Below, one piece after another: positions 13,508-26,949 of a stretch of DNA of 64,000 bases. Position numbers and translations under genes: made by a program. Position 1 is the stretch's first letter, and each line of letters opens with the position of its first letter. The notes beneath the pieces are model-generated. The model was not told where the DNA came from. It saw nothing but the letters and a program-made list of their open reading frames with translations, and searched no databases. The stretch is taken from assembly GCF_006345805.1 (NCBI RefSeq), contig NC_043004.1:61442001-61506000 (forward strand), in the 5' to 3' direction. The stretch comes from Octopus sinensis. Its lineage: Eukaryota.

Positions 13508-14084
13508 AATGCTTCCAGAAATATTGTAAATAATATTACTGATTATTTGCCTCATATATCTCAAAATATATCTGATCATAAGCCTCATATATCTCAACAA
13601 ATATTTACTTTTATACTTGCAAACCCGAATCTTAAAATGAATTCGTAGATTCTAAACCAAAAGTAAATTTTATATAAATATAAAAGTTCTATAACAACTA
13701 GAAACCTGTTGCATATGAGTGTAGACAATCAATAAATTTGCGGCAACCAACAGAACTAGTCATGCAATAGATGAGATGAGATGAAATTTTGAGCTAATTG
13801 GTTTCCTATTAAATCTCTAATTGAGCTATATTCAGTCTGTATCAGCCTGATTTTCACTATCGATCCTTACAGACGAATCGTAAATGAATAAATAAACAAA
13901 GAAATAAACGAAAATTAGAAAAAAAATCACGACAATTTCCATGAAAGTAGTTTAGTAAACGTCATGAAAAACTTTATAATCAAATTTTAGAGAACATGCT
14001 TCAGTTATATACGGTTTTAGAAGGAAACTTTTATATTATTAATTTCTGTATGGTTTTCCCTTTCCACACTCATTATGCATTTCG

Positions 14085-14235
14085 GACATACATACATACA
14101 TACATACATACATGCACAGACATACACACACACACTCATACATACATACATACAAACATACATACATACATACTTACATATATACATACATACAATCATA
14201 CATACATACATACATTTATACATACAAACATACGT
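14085..14235. repeat. (CATA)n microsatellite
   Basis: Read directly. Confidence 0.95.
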
Positions 14236-14352
14236 ACGAAAATGTATGTGCCTATATTTCGTTTATTTCTTATAATTGAGTTGGTTTTTTACTATATGAT
14301 TTGGACATATAATGTTACTTTGCTGAATATGTGCATGTGCGTGTGTTTATAC

Positions 14353-15183
<831 letters not shown>

Positions 15184-16282
15184 GGCATATGCACGTGTGT
15201 AAATACAGACACGCACACACTACTCACATATATCTATGTTATATCTTTAAGAGAAAACCGTTTTGAAATCTAATTTAAGAATCTAAAGCCGCAAAACATA
15301 TTTTCATGGTTTATCTGGAACGTATAAAATGATTACTGCTATGTATTTGCGTTGTTTTATTCACAAATCTATGTTGTTTTTCCTTCATTTTTGTGTGTGC
15401 AAGCATAACATAATTTGCGATTCTCTTAAATCTTTCAGATAATGTATTTTTCTTTTCACACGTCTTTTTGTAGATGGACCAAATAGATCTAACTTAAAGC
15501 GTGAATGATGAACATATTTTTAACTTTTAATCAGTGAGGGCCCTGTTAGCTTTGCCTCCTATTTGTAAGTGGAAATAAATTTTAAACATAATTATGACGG
15601 AGTTTACGATAACTGATGCACTTTAAAATTTGGCCCTAGCTTTTAATGAATTAAATATGATTGCAAGGTTATTTTGTGATGTGATGAAATTAAGAAAATA
15701 TTTTTCCTCCAGGTTTTATTAGCAAGCCGATGTTCAAATACTTGTTTCTCGGTGGCCTTCTTTCTTCCAAAAAGAATTAGATAATTTGGGACTGATTCTA
15801 CAAGACCACATTTCATTTCTTTAAGTAGATATGGTGTAGTTAGTTTTAGCGATATTTGGTTGTTATTTCTCGCAGGTTTGATAACATATATCTAATAAAA
15901 ATAACATTGACAGACCATGTCATATACATGTTATATAAGAATTTTGAGTTACGTTCATAAACTTAATTAATAGAAATTAGTTGCTGAAGCTGTAACATAG
16001 TATAGCGTTGATAATATATGAACTGCTAGACTATTTGTTTAGATTTCTTTATACTTAATCCACTACTAAAACGTAAAGGAAATACCTTATTCCTCTTCTG
16101 TTAACCCTTTAAAAACCTTAAATTTGTTCCAACCATTTTATTTAATCAAACTTTATGCTCCTATTCCATTATCATCCAACATTTGGACGGAGAATCTTGC
16201 CTTGTCTGGGTTTTGTTGAGAAGAAAGAGAAGTGATAGATGATTTATTTCTATATTGAAATATTTACAGCTCTATCATACTG

Positions 16283-16390
16283 GGCGAGGCACCGTTCTTT
16301 GATTTTTAGGACGTGGTCCTCATCAGGGAATTACTGTGATTTCGATTCCAAGCCCAGTCAAAGTGGTATGTGTTTATGAGCAACACATTT
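16283..16390 (+). mobile_element. Degenerate head of SINE family D
   Basis: ttaggacgtgg.cct...gatttcgattcc.agccc...gtgtttatgagc.aacac resembles 30043-30150. Confidence 0.5.
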
Positions 16391-16808
16391 CATTTCGCAT
16401 TGCTCTAAATGATTAACCCTCTGACCGACTCGCATCCCTTTCAGTCTCACTCACTTATGCACTATGCAACCATGAAACCAGAGTTACTGGCCTTATTAGT
16501 CCTTCGACATTTAGTATCATTCTTGCAATCATTATATGTGTGTGTATGTGTGTACAAATTGAAGGCGCAAAGTTCAGTGTTTGGTTGGAGCGTCGTGTTT
16601 ACAATCATGAGGTATACCGATTCCCTGACTGGGCTCTGTCTTGTATTCTTTAGCGAGGCACTGTATCTCACGTTCCTCCAGTTCACTCAAGCTGAAGAAA
16701 TGAGTTGTGACGTCGCGAGTGAAATCTGTGCATGTGCGACTACTGGTCTTGCATAAAAAACCTTGGCCAGATTTATGCTTTAGAGGGTGACTTTCTAGGT
16801 AAACTCTC

Positions 16809-16847
<39 letters not shown>

Positions 16848-17152
16848 AATATATAATCTGTGACTGTGTGTGTGTGAGGAGAATGAGAAAGAGAATGGGG
16901 AGAGAGGCGAGATAGCTAGACGACACAGGAAACTAATGAAAGTAGTCATACTAAGAGTAAAGCTTCCTCAGAAAAGCAACAAAGCGATAATGCAAAATAA
17001 TATTAAATACATCTAACCTATAATTTTTCCTCTATTTTGTAGGAAATGACCATGGATACAAAGATGGGGGTGTGATATTTTTCCTACAAATTGTTCCCGC
17101 AGTAAATGAATCACAAGATGAATGATATATCTCTATCTATCTATCTCTCTCC

Positions 17153-17184
<32 letters not shown>

Positions 17185-17661
17185 TTATTTCTCACTATGT
17201 CTCTCTCCTTCTTTCGTTCTCTCTCTCGGTCTCTTTCTCTCTTTATGTACATAAGAAAATAAGAAAGCAGATAATAAAATTAATAATTATTTAATAATTA
17301 CAAAATTGGACGTCATGTCTGACAGCTGTTTCGATTCAAGACTTTAAAAATTAAATAGTATAATTAAAAAATATGTTAAAGTTGAATTAAATACGTTTAA
17401 ACTTGAGTCTCATCTTTTTCTCCCTCCGAGGAAATTCAACTAAAATATTTTAAATAATACTAATTTCTAATTGTATTAACTAATACCTGCGTGTTTTGTC
17501 TAAGCTGCGCGTGTGAATGAGTGTCTATATATATGTCTATGCGAGCATGAATGCGTGTTTGTGTGTTTAAGAAATATTTATTTCATAAAACATTTTTGAT
17601 ACATATAACAGAAAATTCTGTCTTGCAATTAATTAATTATCTTTACATTTCTCATTGCCAG

Positions 17662-17796
17662 AATAAATATGCGGTGAGCAGCGACGAGAGAGCAGAGGAT
17701 TGTTATTACATATTCACAGAAGACTTTAAACATGCTTTAGGATGGATGTTCGTACAAAAGTATTTTATGAAAAATCAGAGAGCTGCAGTAAAAGAG
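17662..17796 (+). CDS. Exon of an M13 (neprilysin/ECE-like) peptidase gene, 45 codons: NKYAVSSDERAEDCYYIFTEDFKHALGWMFVQKYFMKNQRAAVKE
   Basis: ttctcattgccag acceptor, GAG|gtaata donor, 135 bp, phase 0-0. Resembles the M13 segment RWxxC...xG.ALGx.FV..xF (cf. ECE1 [26 protein letters not shown]). Confidence 0.85.
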
Positions 17797-19749
17797 GTAA
17801 TATTATACAGCAACTTTAGTACAATCTCTTTCATCTATCATTTGTTATGTCAATTCTTGTATCAAAGCACAAATTCACGTATGAGTACATTAAAACTGAA
17901 CATTGTATTTGATAAACATGATCAATGATCCCTTTATGAAAAATTTTGTATTTAAATGTTTAACTGTGTCATATTGTGATAATTCCTTAATTAAAAGTTT
18001 TGTCTTTTCTTTCTAAGAGATTTCAGGTTGCCGACAGTCCCGGGAAACGAAGTTCAAAATCTTCTGAGTTGTTCATTCAAATTTAGCTTGCAATTTATGA
18101 CATAAATGGATATATTTCACACACAATAAATGGGTGGTCGTTTCTGGTATAGATTGATTAACATATTTACTCACAAACCTTCCAGACACGCACACACACA
18201 CACACACAAACACACAAATGCACTCACATACCGACATACAAACGCACACAAATTTACGTCAATCAAGCTGTACTTTAAACAACACACACGCACACACATG
18301 CGCGCATCTGTGTGTGTGAGCATTTGTATAAATGATTGTCTTGGGTGGTTAATTCCGGCAATAGTCATAACACACGCATTGTTTCCATATTGTTTAAACA
18401 TCTAAGCAATGCACAAATCGTATGCTTAATGTTGTCACGCGGGTGTGCATACACAATCACTCACACATGCAAGATTGTATATACTTACTTTTATCAGCTT
18501 TTGTAAGCAGACGCCTATCTATTTACACACATACAGGTATATATGAATACAGGCATAACAATATAAACACTGATTAGATCTTGAATGAAGAGTGCGAGTC
18601 ATTGAACAGGTCGATAATTACGACGGAAGGACTTACAAACGACAAATTCTTTATCTAATACATGAAAAAAATAATCTATTCAGATTTTTCCCTAATTGAC
18701 TAAGATTAGAGACATGGTACTGAACCAATGCCTGTGTTATTATTGGCGTAATGACCAAGACACAGGATTTGTTTCAACACACGAATTCACAAGACGAATC
18801 TAGCATGCCAAATACAAAAACTAATTATGTATAATGTGCACATGTATGTATGTATGTATATATGTTTGTTTGTATTGTATGTATGTATGTATGTATGTAT
18901 GTATGTATGTATGTATGTATGTATGTATGTGTGCACGTACATAATATATCAATCTGTGTATATATACATTCAATATAATATCACCGTTATCTCGATAGAA
19001 AAGATATGAAATATCTGAAGATCAAAGATCCTTTAAATTTCCTCAGAATGATAAGAATCAGGAACGTATGTTACTTGAAACCGGGGACAAATCCCATTTT
19101 GAGTACAACTTTTGCAATTCTTGCAATAGTGTGAACTTTGTTACTGCATGGAATTGAGCAATGAAATATATTTGTAATCTCATCACTTCAAAACAATTAA
19201 AGCCTGATCCATTAGAGAATGTCTCAAATATCGAAACTGTGACGAACATGATTTATTGTTTCATTTAATCATTCTCATCCTGCATTGTTGTGATTAACCT
19301 GCGAAAGTCTTTATAGAGGAGGGATCATAGTGGTGATCCAGCAGCAGCTTTACTTTCTTGCTTGTCATTCAAGTATCACACTGTCTGGTGTTTCGTCAAT
19401 CAAACATTTTACGATTTTTGTGTTACTTTTCCGAGCAATTTGAGTAAGTTTATAATGGTTTGCTACTTGGCACAAATATCGCAATGTAATTTATAATTCT
19501 ACATAATAATAAATGATCATTTCAAAATTAAGGTAATAGTTAATAAGGAAAGAGAATTCATATATGAGAGAATCAGGGCAAAAATAAATTTCTAATTACA
19601 TTTCAGTTTCTACAGATTTCAATGCAAATTAAAAATACACACACAGACACACATAGATGAAAATATAGTTATACAAAGAAACATATGTTCTTTATATGTA
19701 AATACATACATACATACATAGATACATACGTACATATATATACATGCAT

Positions 19750-19925
19750 ATGTTTTCTCTCCCCGCTTTCTCTTTTATTCTCTCTCCGATTTTTCCCCCT
19801 TTTTATATTTTCTCACGAAGAGCGTAGGCTGGAAACGTGAAATACTTTTCCATCCTTCCCGAGCGTTAAACTTCTAATCACATGCTTGTTGTTCCTGCAC
19901 TTGTCTTCGTATTTTCTCGTCTGTA
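19750..19925 (+). mobile_element. Penelope-like pLTR fragment with a decayed hammerhead motif (19808-19843)
   Basis: ttt-CTCACGA-a-GAGC-gtag-GCTG-GAAA-CGT-g-aaat; same family as 35440-35645; (TA)n flank. Confidence 0.6.
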
Positions 19926-19934
19926 AATTTGAAC

Positions 19935-19974
<40 letters not shown>

Positions 19975-20119
19975 AATGTATATATACTTTATTACTAAAG
20001 CTGTATAAACATGATAGAATATCACAAAAAGAAAGTCTGTTGTTCAGTTTCACATTTCCGTTCGTCCAGTATTCGAGTACTGGTTTTCTCCCCTTGTTTC
20101 ACATTTATGTGCCTACTCT

Positions 20120-20166
<47 letters not shown>

Positions 20167-20385
20167 CGATGCTAGATGTGTCGAAACGATTGTCGTGATT
20201 AATTATAAAGTCTTTTATATTCAATCTTCCGTCTTTCATATACCATATATATATATATTGATAAATATAGAGATAGACAGGCAGACATATATATGGACAC
20301 AGAGAAAGATAGAGGGAGAGAGTGAGAAAGAGAGAGAGAGAGATCTGATAGAGAAAATGGAATTAACGTGATTCTTTACCCGAAT

Positions 20386-20470
20386 CACCTACGATCGTTT
20401 CGACTCATCCTATGTCTGTGCCACGCTGGTGAGTTGCTGTACAATCAATTGTCTTGCTTCACAGGTGAAG
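20386..20470 (-). ncRNA. Decayed type-I hammerhead-like motif with long stem II
   Basis: Minus strand: TCACC-TGTGA-AG...GAGTC-GAAA-CGATCG-T-A-GGTGA. Stem I and palindromic stem III are intact; the CUGANGA core is broken. Confidence 0.45.
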
Positions 20471-22232
20471 ATTGTGGCTCCTCAGAAAGTCGGTTTCAAT
20501 CGGAACCTGTGGCTTCAGATACAAACACTCAACACTCTTGCCTGACAAACTATTGTGAAAACACTGAGTGTGTGGGTGTTTTTTTTTTTTTTTTGCTGCT
20601 ATCCGATTGCTCAATCCGAGTGACTTGGAATATCTCCCTTATTAATCTGAGAAATAGTCAATATGTGAGTTAAGTTTGGATATAATGGCGCGGAATGCAT
20701 GGCGGAAGGTAAACGCTGTTCAACCTGGAATACTGAATCAATGGCAAACAATTTTCAATGAAAATTATGTTATGAAATTAATCGTCGTTAAGCTCTCGTT
20801 GTTTCGCTCACTTTCTGGTTTTGCCATATGTGTACATTTCCACAATTTTAATCGTTATATTCATAATCAAACTGAAAAAATTAAAAGATGTCTTTTCTTG
20901 TCTTCAAATCTAATTTAATGACTGACGAAATATCAAATATAAAATACATTATTTTTGAAACTGGTTTGTTCTGATATTTATTTTCTCCAAGAATTCAAAA
21001 AAAAAAATTAGTTGCTTTGCTGTCAATGATATCTCCTTAGTATTCATCTCTAAATTTCTGCACTTCGACTAACATTCGTATTTCAACAAGTAAATGTAAT
21101 CCACTTGTGTTCATTATTTCAATGATTTCCACTAACATTTCTTTATGAGTTTCTTTAAGCTTGTAGCTAAATGTTTGCGCTAATTAGTCATTTCCCATTA
21201 ATTATCTTAAAATCTAATAATATAATCCGTAAAATGCACCTGCTACTTAAAATACTTGTAACTTTATTTACGAAAGAAACTCAATCAAATTACTAATATC
21301 ACTTATGCCTCCTTAACAATAAGATCAGACACCAGTCTTTCTGACAACAGCAGTACATATTAGTGATTCGATTTAGTTGAGACTCATTCCTTGTTGCAAA
21401 TAAATTTTCTGTAAATCACCGCATTTACTGCATTCATTTTCGCAAGCATGTTGTCTCACTTTTCAACCTCTTGTTCTACTTCTGTATGGTCGTCGCCACC
21501 ATCTGGTGTATTATTTTCGTAGGTTTTCCTAGAACCGCAGCAAGTAATATGTCTCTTATTCTATAAGTTTGCAAGATCCTCATATTAAATGGGGCTTTAT
21601 GAGCCCTAATACTGCTGGTTCCAAAGAGAGAGAGAGGGGTGGATGGAAAGAAGAATTGGCTGTAGTTCTTAAATGGTTATGTATCAAGGCTGAATGGAAA
21701 ATACAACCTTAGTGGGATTTAAACTCAGATTACCGTGAGAAATGCGCAAGTAGTCTCCCCCATGCTGTAACCCCTCTGCCATTTCGACACCAGATAATTT
21801 TCTGACGAAGACATGAACATTAAATACTTCACTAGTATTGCAGAGCCAATAACAAATGTCATAAATGTCATAGAATTATGTCTCTCTTTCTCTCTTTTAT
21901 AAATCCTAAGCGACAGTCGTGTGAGAGGAAAAAATCAATAATCATACAAAAAAGACTTCGTTAACTCTAAATGGAATAATTATTACACATAACACACAAC
22001 CATATGTTTAGTTAAATCGAAATAATATTAAAGACTATTATTGGAGTTAGAGTTGCTTTAGAGTTGTTTTCTTTAAAAATAAGTTTAGTTTCAACAATAA
22101 AACGTATCTGTTTTGAAATAAATATTACAATTTGAATACTGGTTTACATTATGAAAATCTTGCTGATTATCTTTTGAAATATTATCACTCTATATTTACA
22201 TTAAAATGTTATTTATTTATCTTTCATTTTAG

Positions 22233-22331
22233 GTGACAACTATAACTAACTACATAATAAATGCTGTCCGTAAACTGCTACAAGATAATAAGTGGCTCGG
22301 AGAAACAAGTAAAAGGAAAAGTTTAGAAAAG
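22233..22331 (+). CDS. Next M13 exon, 33 codons: VTTITNYIINAVRKLLQDNKWLGETSKRKSLEK
   Basis: ctttcattttag acceptor, AAG|gtatac donor, 99 bp, phase 0-0. Same length and pattern as the neprilysin segment [33 protein letters not shown]. Confidence 0.88.
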
Positions 22332-22559
22332 GTATACTTTTATCTGCAACAGTGTAAAAATGTAACATGAAAATATTTTAATTCCTTATGATGTGTTTTT
22401 GCCAAGGCAATATGAAATGTCTGGATAATCAAGGTACCACGTTTTGTGTTTCTAACTGCATTTAGTTATGATAATCCATCTAAACGCGATGAAAGACGAA
22501 ACTGGCAATGTAACCATGATAACGGAATACTATCTGACAGATCAATAATAGACACGAGC

Positions 22560-23720
22560 AACTGCGAGGGTACCTGTTAAGACTTTCCATATGAGGTTAA
22601 GCAATGGGTCGGTGACTGCCAACCTCACTACCCTTTGACCGATCGTTCTTTAACAAAGTTGTTCTTTCTTCTACCATCCACTCTAGGCAGTTGTCTAATC
22701 GCAAACCAGTTCCCTTGTGTATTGACCTAAACCACTTGAACCAGTATCCTTGAATTCCGTCTGCTCCTGCTGCTTCCCGGTTTGGCAGTTTTTATATCTG
22801 TGCAAAGAATCCCCCGTTGTTATGCGCATATGGTCCCGTCGTGGAGCTTCCGGGTGATGGATTTCGGATCTCACAGAATGAACCTGCTGAGCTCTGTGGT
22901 TGTGCGAAACATCTTGCACCAGATGATATTCCGTAATTGGCGGGTTTCGTCTACTTCCGAATGTGTATTATCTTCTGTGTTTCGTTCTAAGTCCTTAGAA
23001 AACTACCCCTGGTTGTTTGAGAATAACCGGTTTTGATGGAAGTGCGATATGTAGTCAATGTAACGTAACACCTTTAATATTTTAGCCAGCCCACGTTGTT
23101 TCAGGGTTTCGATGACAGTTTTGAACACCTTCTTTTCTATTTTGTACCTCGTGTCAAGATATGACCTTGCACTTTGCCATTTCTCCATTGCTCTTTTGAG
23201 CACTTTTCTATGCGGGTCAGATCTTTTCGTTAATTCTCCACTCCCATCATGGCTCCTTCTGTCCGTCTACTTTCCTCTATTTCTTCCCAAACAGTTAAAC
23301 AACTAAAATTGAAGCGAATCTAATCAAGTTTCTTGTTTCTGTTAGATCTATTATCAGAATGTGTTTCAGAATCTTATCAAAGTTTGGGTCGCGCGTTTCA
23401 AGTTTTCACGGTGCAAACTTCTTAGAATCACCGGTTTGGTCTCTGTTCTTGTAATTCCCATATCCTCAAGTCTTTTCCTGGCGTTTCTCTGTTCCTCAGT
23501 CATATCCTCTCTTATTTCAGGGTTTTCTACATTGGATTAATTGAGCGGTCTCTCCTCCACCACAACACCATTCGCTGATCTTCACCTACGTTATTCACCC
23601 ACAGATTCTTAATAGTTTGTCTGAATCTGGGCCTCATTAAGAAAATCTCCATTCCGAATTATTCTCATCTGATTCATGTGTTCATTTTCCGTTATCCTGA
23701 ACGTACCCAGCTGGTTAGAA
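22560..23720 (-). mobile_element. Dong/R4 N-terminal to early-RT fragment (3' truncated)
   Basis: VIETLKQRGLAK..RY...HQNRLFSNNQ, KLPNWKAAGADGIQGYWFK (across a frameshift), HRPIA.LNLIWKVLTG. Confidence 0.85.
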
Positions 23721-23759
23721 AGTTCTAATGATCAAAATACACCTTTATATTTGACCGGC

Positions 23760-24270
23760 TATTTCTGTGAGAGCAAACAACAACGTGTTGTCAAGGATCA
23801 TATAATCCTTAATATCCAACTACAAATATCAAAATCGTAGCTGTCCTAACTAAAGTAATTTTATGGCCATGTTATAACGTAAGGTGATTCACAGTTTCTT
23901 TAACAAGTTTCTGAAATTTAATTGTTACCGCTTCCTCTACCCCTACAACTACTGGGATAACAGCTACTTTCTTCATTGCCTACATTCATGCAATATCATC
24001 TTTTAGGCCCTTCCACCTTTCAGACTATTCTAGTCTTTTTCGCTCACTCGTATATCCCCAGGTTTTGACAATGTCGACGATCTCGGTTTCCTTCATCATT
24101 TTGTCAATTACAACAATGCCTGGTCTCTGTGTATCAGTTGCTGCGTCACACATGATATTATACTCACTATTCTCAATGACACGATCTGCTTTATGCCCAT
24201 GCCATTTCAATTTCCATTCAACTATGTACTATTAACACAATCTCCAAGGATCATACTTAACTTTGTTATC
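23760..24270 (-). mobile_element. Dong/R4 3' end (RLE domain)
   Basis: WHGHKADRVIEN, QRPGIVVIDK..TEIVDIV, VIPVVVG, KITLVRTATIL. Confidence 0.75.
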
Positions 24271-24349
24271 ATGCTACCCTTTTTTTAACATTTTGAACTA
24301 AATTGCTATACACACAATATAAGTGACCGTTCCGTTTTTGCTGCAACAC

Positions 24350-24399
<50 letters not shown>

Positions 24400-24400
24400 T

Positions 24401-24432
<32 letters not shown>

Positions 24433-24436
24433 TAAT

Positions 24437-24529
24437 CAGAGCATCACAACAAATCACAGCACATACCCAAGGCACACAGAGCTGCGCTCGGTAGTGAAGT
24501 GAAAGCACGCTATAAAAATAGAACTACTG
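24437..24529 (+). mobile_element. 93-bp Dong 3'-UTR-only copy
   Basis: Nearly identical to the 3' end of 24577-24898; ends ACTACTG^AATAAT. Confidence 0.9.
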
Positions 24530-24576
24530 AATAATAATAATAATAATAATGATAATAATAATAATGATAATAATAA

Positions 24577-24895
24577 AATACAGAAACTTTCAAAATACAA
24601 AGACTTGGAAATAGAGGTAACCAGAATGTGGAATCAAAAACAGAAACAAATCCTATCATAGTAGGTGCATTAGGCATGATAAAAAAATATTCAGACAAAT
24701 ACATAACAAAAACACCAGGACTTACAAACACATAAAACATACAAAAAATTGCACTACTAGGCACTGCACACATCCCACGCAGAACACTTTCCATACAATA
24801 ACCATCAGAGCATCACAACATATCACAGCACATACCCAAGGCACACAGAGCTGCGCTCGGCAGTGAAGTGAAAGCACGCTATAAAAATAAAACTA

Positions 24896-24898
<3 letters not shown>
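24577..24898 (+). mobile_element. 5'-truncated Dong copy (RLE C-terminus + 3' UTR)
   Basis: KLSKYKDLEIEVTRMWN, PIIVGALGMIKK, IQKIALLGTAHIPRRTL*; ends ACTACTG^AATAAT. Confidence 0.92.
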
Positions 24899-24954
<56 letters not shown>

Positions 24955-25353
24955 TAATAATAATAATAATAATAATAATTTTGGTATGTCTAAGGTTCGG
25001 TTTTACTACTGGTAGGGATTGCGTGAAGAGCAGGTTACGACTTGTAAATTTAGGATACGAAAGTTTTAAGCAGTTATTCAAGTGCTGATAATCCTTATTA
25101 TCCTTAAAATCAAACTTTCTGTAAAACATCTACCAGGCATTGTATTTCAATCTCCGCCAGCCATTTGTCAATATATTGGATAACTGTTCCTAATGCACTA
25201 ATTATCATAGGCACGACCTATATTATTCGTATTAACGGTAAAGGGGATTGTTTTTTTTTGCTAGGATTTGTATCTTTTTTACTTATGATAATAGTAAAAT
25301 AATAATAATAATAATAATAACAATAATAACAATAATAACAACAACAACAATAC

Positions 25354-25394
<41 letters not shown>

Positions 25395-25718
25395 TTAAAT
25401 ACGGGTCCCGATATATTGCAGCAGGTCTTCGTCACTATTTATCAAATACTCGGCAGGCGGTCTCATTTCACTCCTTATACAAAGGCCTATACAAATCAGT
25501 CCTCTGGCATCATTATTTCTTTTCATGTACAGTCTATTTACGTTTGAAGGTAACACATTGTTATCATCATTATTGTTATTATCGTTATTATTATTATTAC
25601 TAACACTATCACCACCATTATCATTATTATTATTCTTATTACTGTTTCCATTTATTATTAAAAGGTATTATTAAATGTTGATTAGTTTCAACTTTTTCCT
25701 TGTACTTGCTATAATCAA

Positions 25719-25880
25719 GGCGCAGGAGTGGCTGTGTGGTAAGTAGCTTGCTAACCAACCACATGGTTCCGGGTTCAGTCCCACTGCATGGCATCTTGGG
25801 CAAGTGTCTTCTGCTATAGCCCCGGGTCGACCAATGCCTTGTGAGTGGATTTGGTAGACGGAAACTGAAAGAAGCCTGTC

Positions 25881-25940
<60 letters not shown>

Positions 25941-26150
25941 GTGTGTCTGTGTTTGTCCCCCTAGCATTGCTTGGCAACCGATGCTGGTGTGTTTACGTCC
26001 CCGTCGCTTAGTGGTTCGGCAAAAAGAGACCGATAGAATAAGTAGTGCGCTTACAAAAAGAATAAGTCCCGGGGTCGATTTGCTCGACTAAAGGCGGTGC
26101 TCCAGCATGGCCGCAGTCAAATGACTGAAACAAGTAAAAGAGTAAAAGAG
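25719..26150 (+). mobile_element. SINE family A, copy 3 (best preserved)
   Basis: A box TGGCTGTGTGG, B box GGTTCAGTCCC, CTTGGGCAAGTGTCTT, internal (TA)n(TG)n, tail GGCGGTGCTCCAGCATGGCCGCAG...(GTAAAAGA)2. Confidence 0.93.
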
Positions 26151-26429
26151 TGTGTGAATGTTGAAGGGAATAGTAGAAGGAAGAGTAGCAGCTTCGTGAA
26201 TAGATAAAAATCTACAGGTCTGTAAATAGATTCGGCAAATGGTGATGAGGTCAACAATGGACATTCCTGTCCATTGATAAGGAGCAAAAGTAGCCTCACA
26301 CCCTTTGAGTCAGCATAGGTAAAACGGGTTTACTTCTACTAGCGATCAATGAGAGCATTGACCTTGACCTTGAAAAGAAGCAATTCACCTTATTCTCTTT
26401 TTAATCGCTGATAGAAAAAATAATTATAT

Positions 26430-26655
26430 ATATATATAAAATTAGAGACAAAACCACTATTAGGCAAATCAAACAATGAAAGACTTAAGCCAATACATAT
26501 GATTAATTTATATTATTTAAATATGTAACAAAATTATTAAAAAATATAATTAATATCCCACTACGATCGATTCCTGCCTGCTGTCTTCAAATGAGTCGCA
26601 GTCATTCATCAGGTGGTTTAAATATTTTTCTTTGCGAGGTTTAAACAATGAACAA
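26430..26655 (-). mobile_element. Penelope-like pLTR fragment with a decayed hammerhead (26558-26616)
   Basis: Minus strand: CCAC-CTGATGA-...GACTGC...GCAG-GAAT-CGATCG-T-A-GTGG; (TA)n on both sides. Confidence 0.55.
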
Positions 26656-26661
26656 TACATA

Positions 26662-26697
<36 letters not shown>

Positions 26698-26949
26698 TAT
26701 ATGTATGTATGTATCTATGTATTTATGTATACTGATGTTCACATCGTTGAATTTTTGAATTTCTGATTTTTTTATTAGTTTTCTTCTGGTTTACAGTTTT
26801 TGTAACTGTGCAATTTGTTTATATTGGCAGGTGCTTACCTCCTTAATCTTTTTTTTTGATCTTGCATTTAATTTTGTTGTTGCAGTGAAAGATATGTTTA
26901 CATATTCGGGTAGTCAAGAGAGAAACGAAAGATAAAATTCTCACACAAA

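Larger units (their letters stand above)
24349..24979. repeat. (TAA)n array split into three blocks by two Dong insertions
   Basis: TAA blocks at about 24349-24436, 24530-24576 and 24899-24979. Confidence 0.92.

Noticed and set aside
16303-16330. Minus-strand CTGATGA-GGAC-CAC-GTCC-TAAA hammerhead look-alike
   Set aside because: G12 missing, no stem I, and the region is better explained as a decayed SINE D head on the + strand.
20420-20720. Apparent splice sites (gtgagt, ttcacag) and ATGGCG...AAG|gtaaac first-exon pattern
   Set aside because: The splice-like words fall inside a decayed hammerhead/pLTR; no supporting downstream exons.
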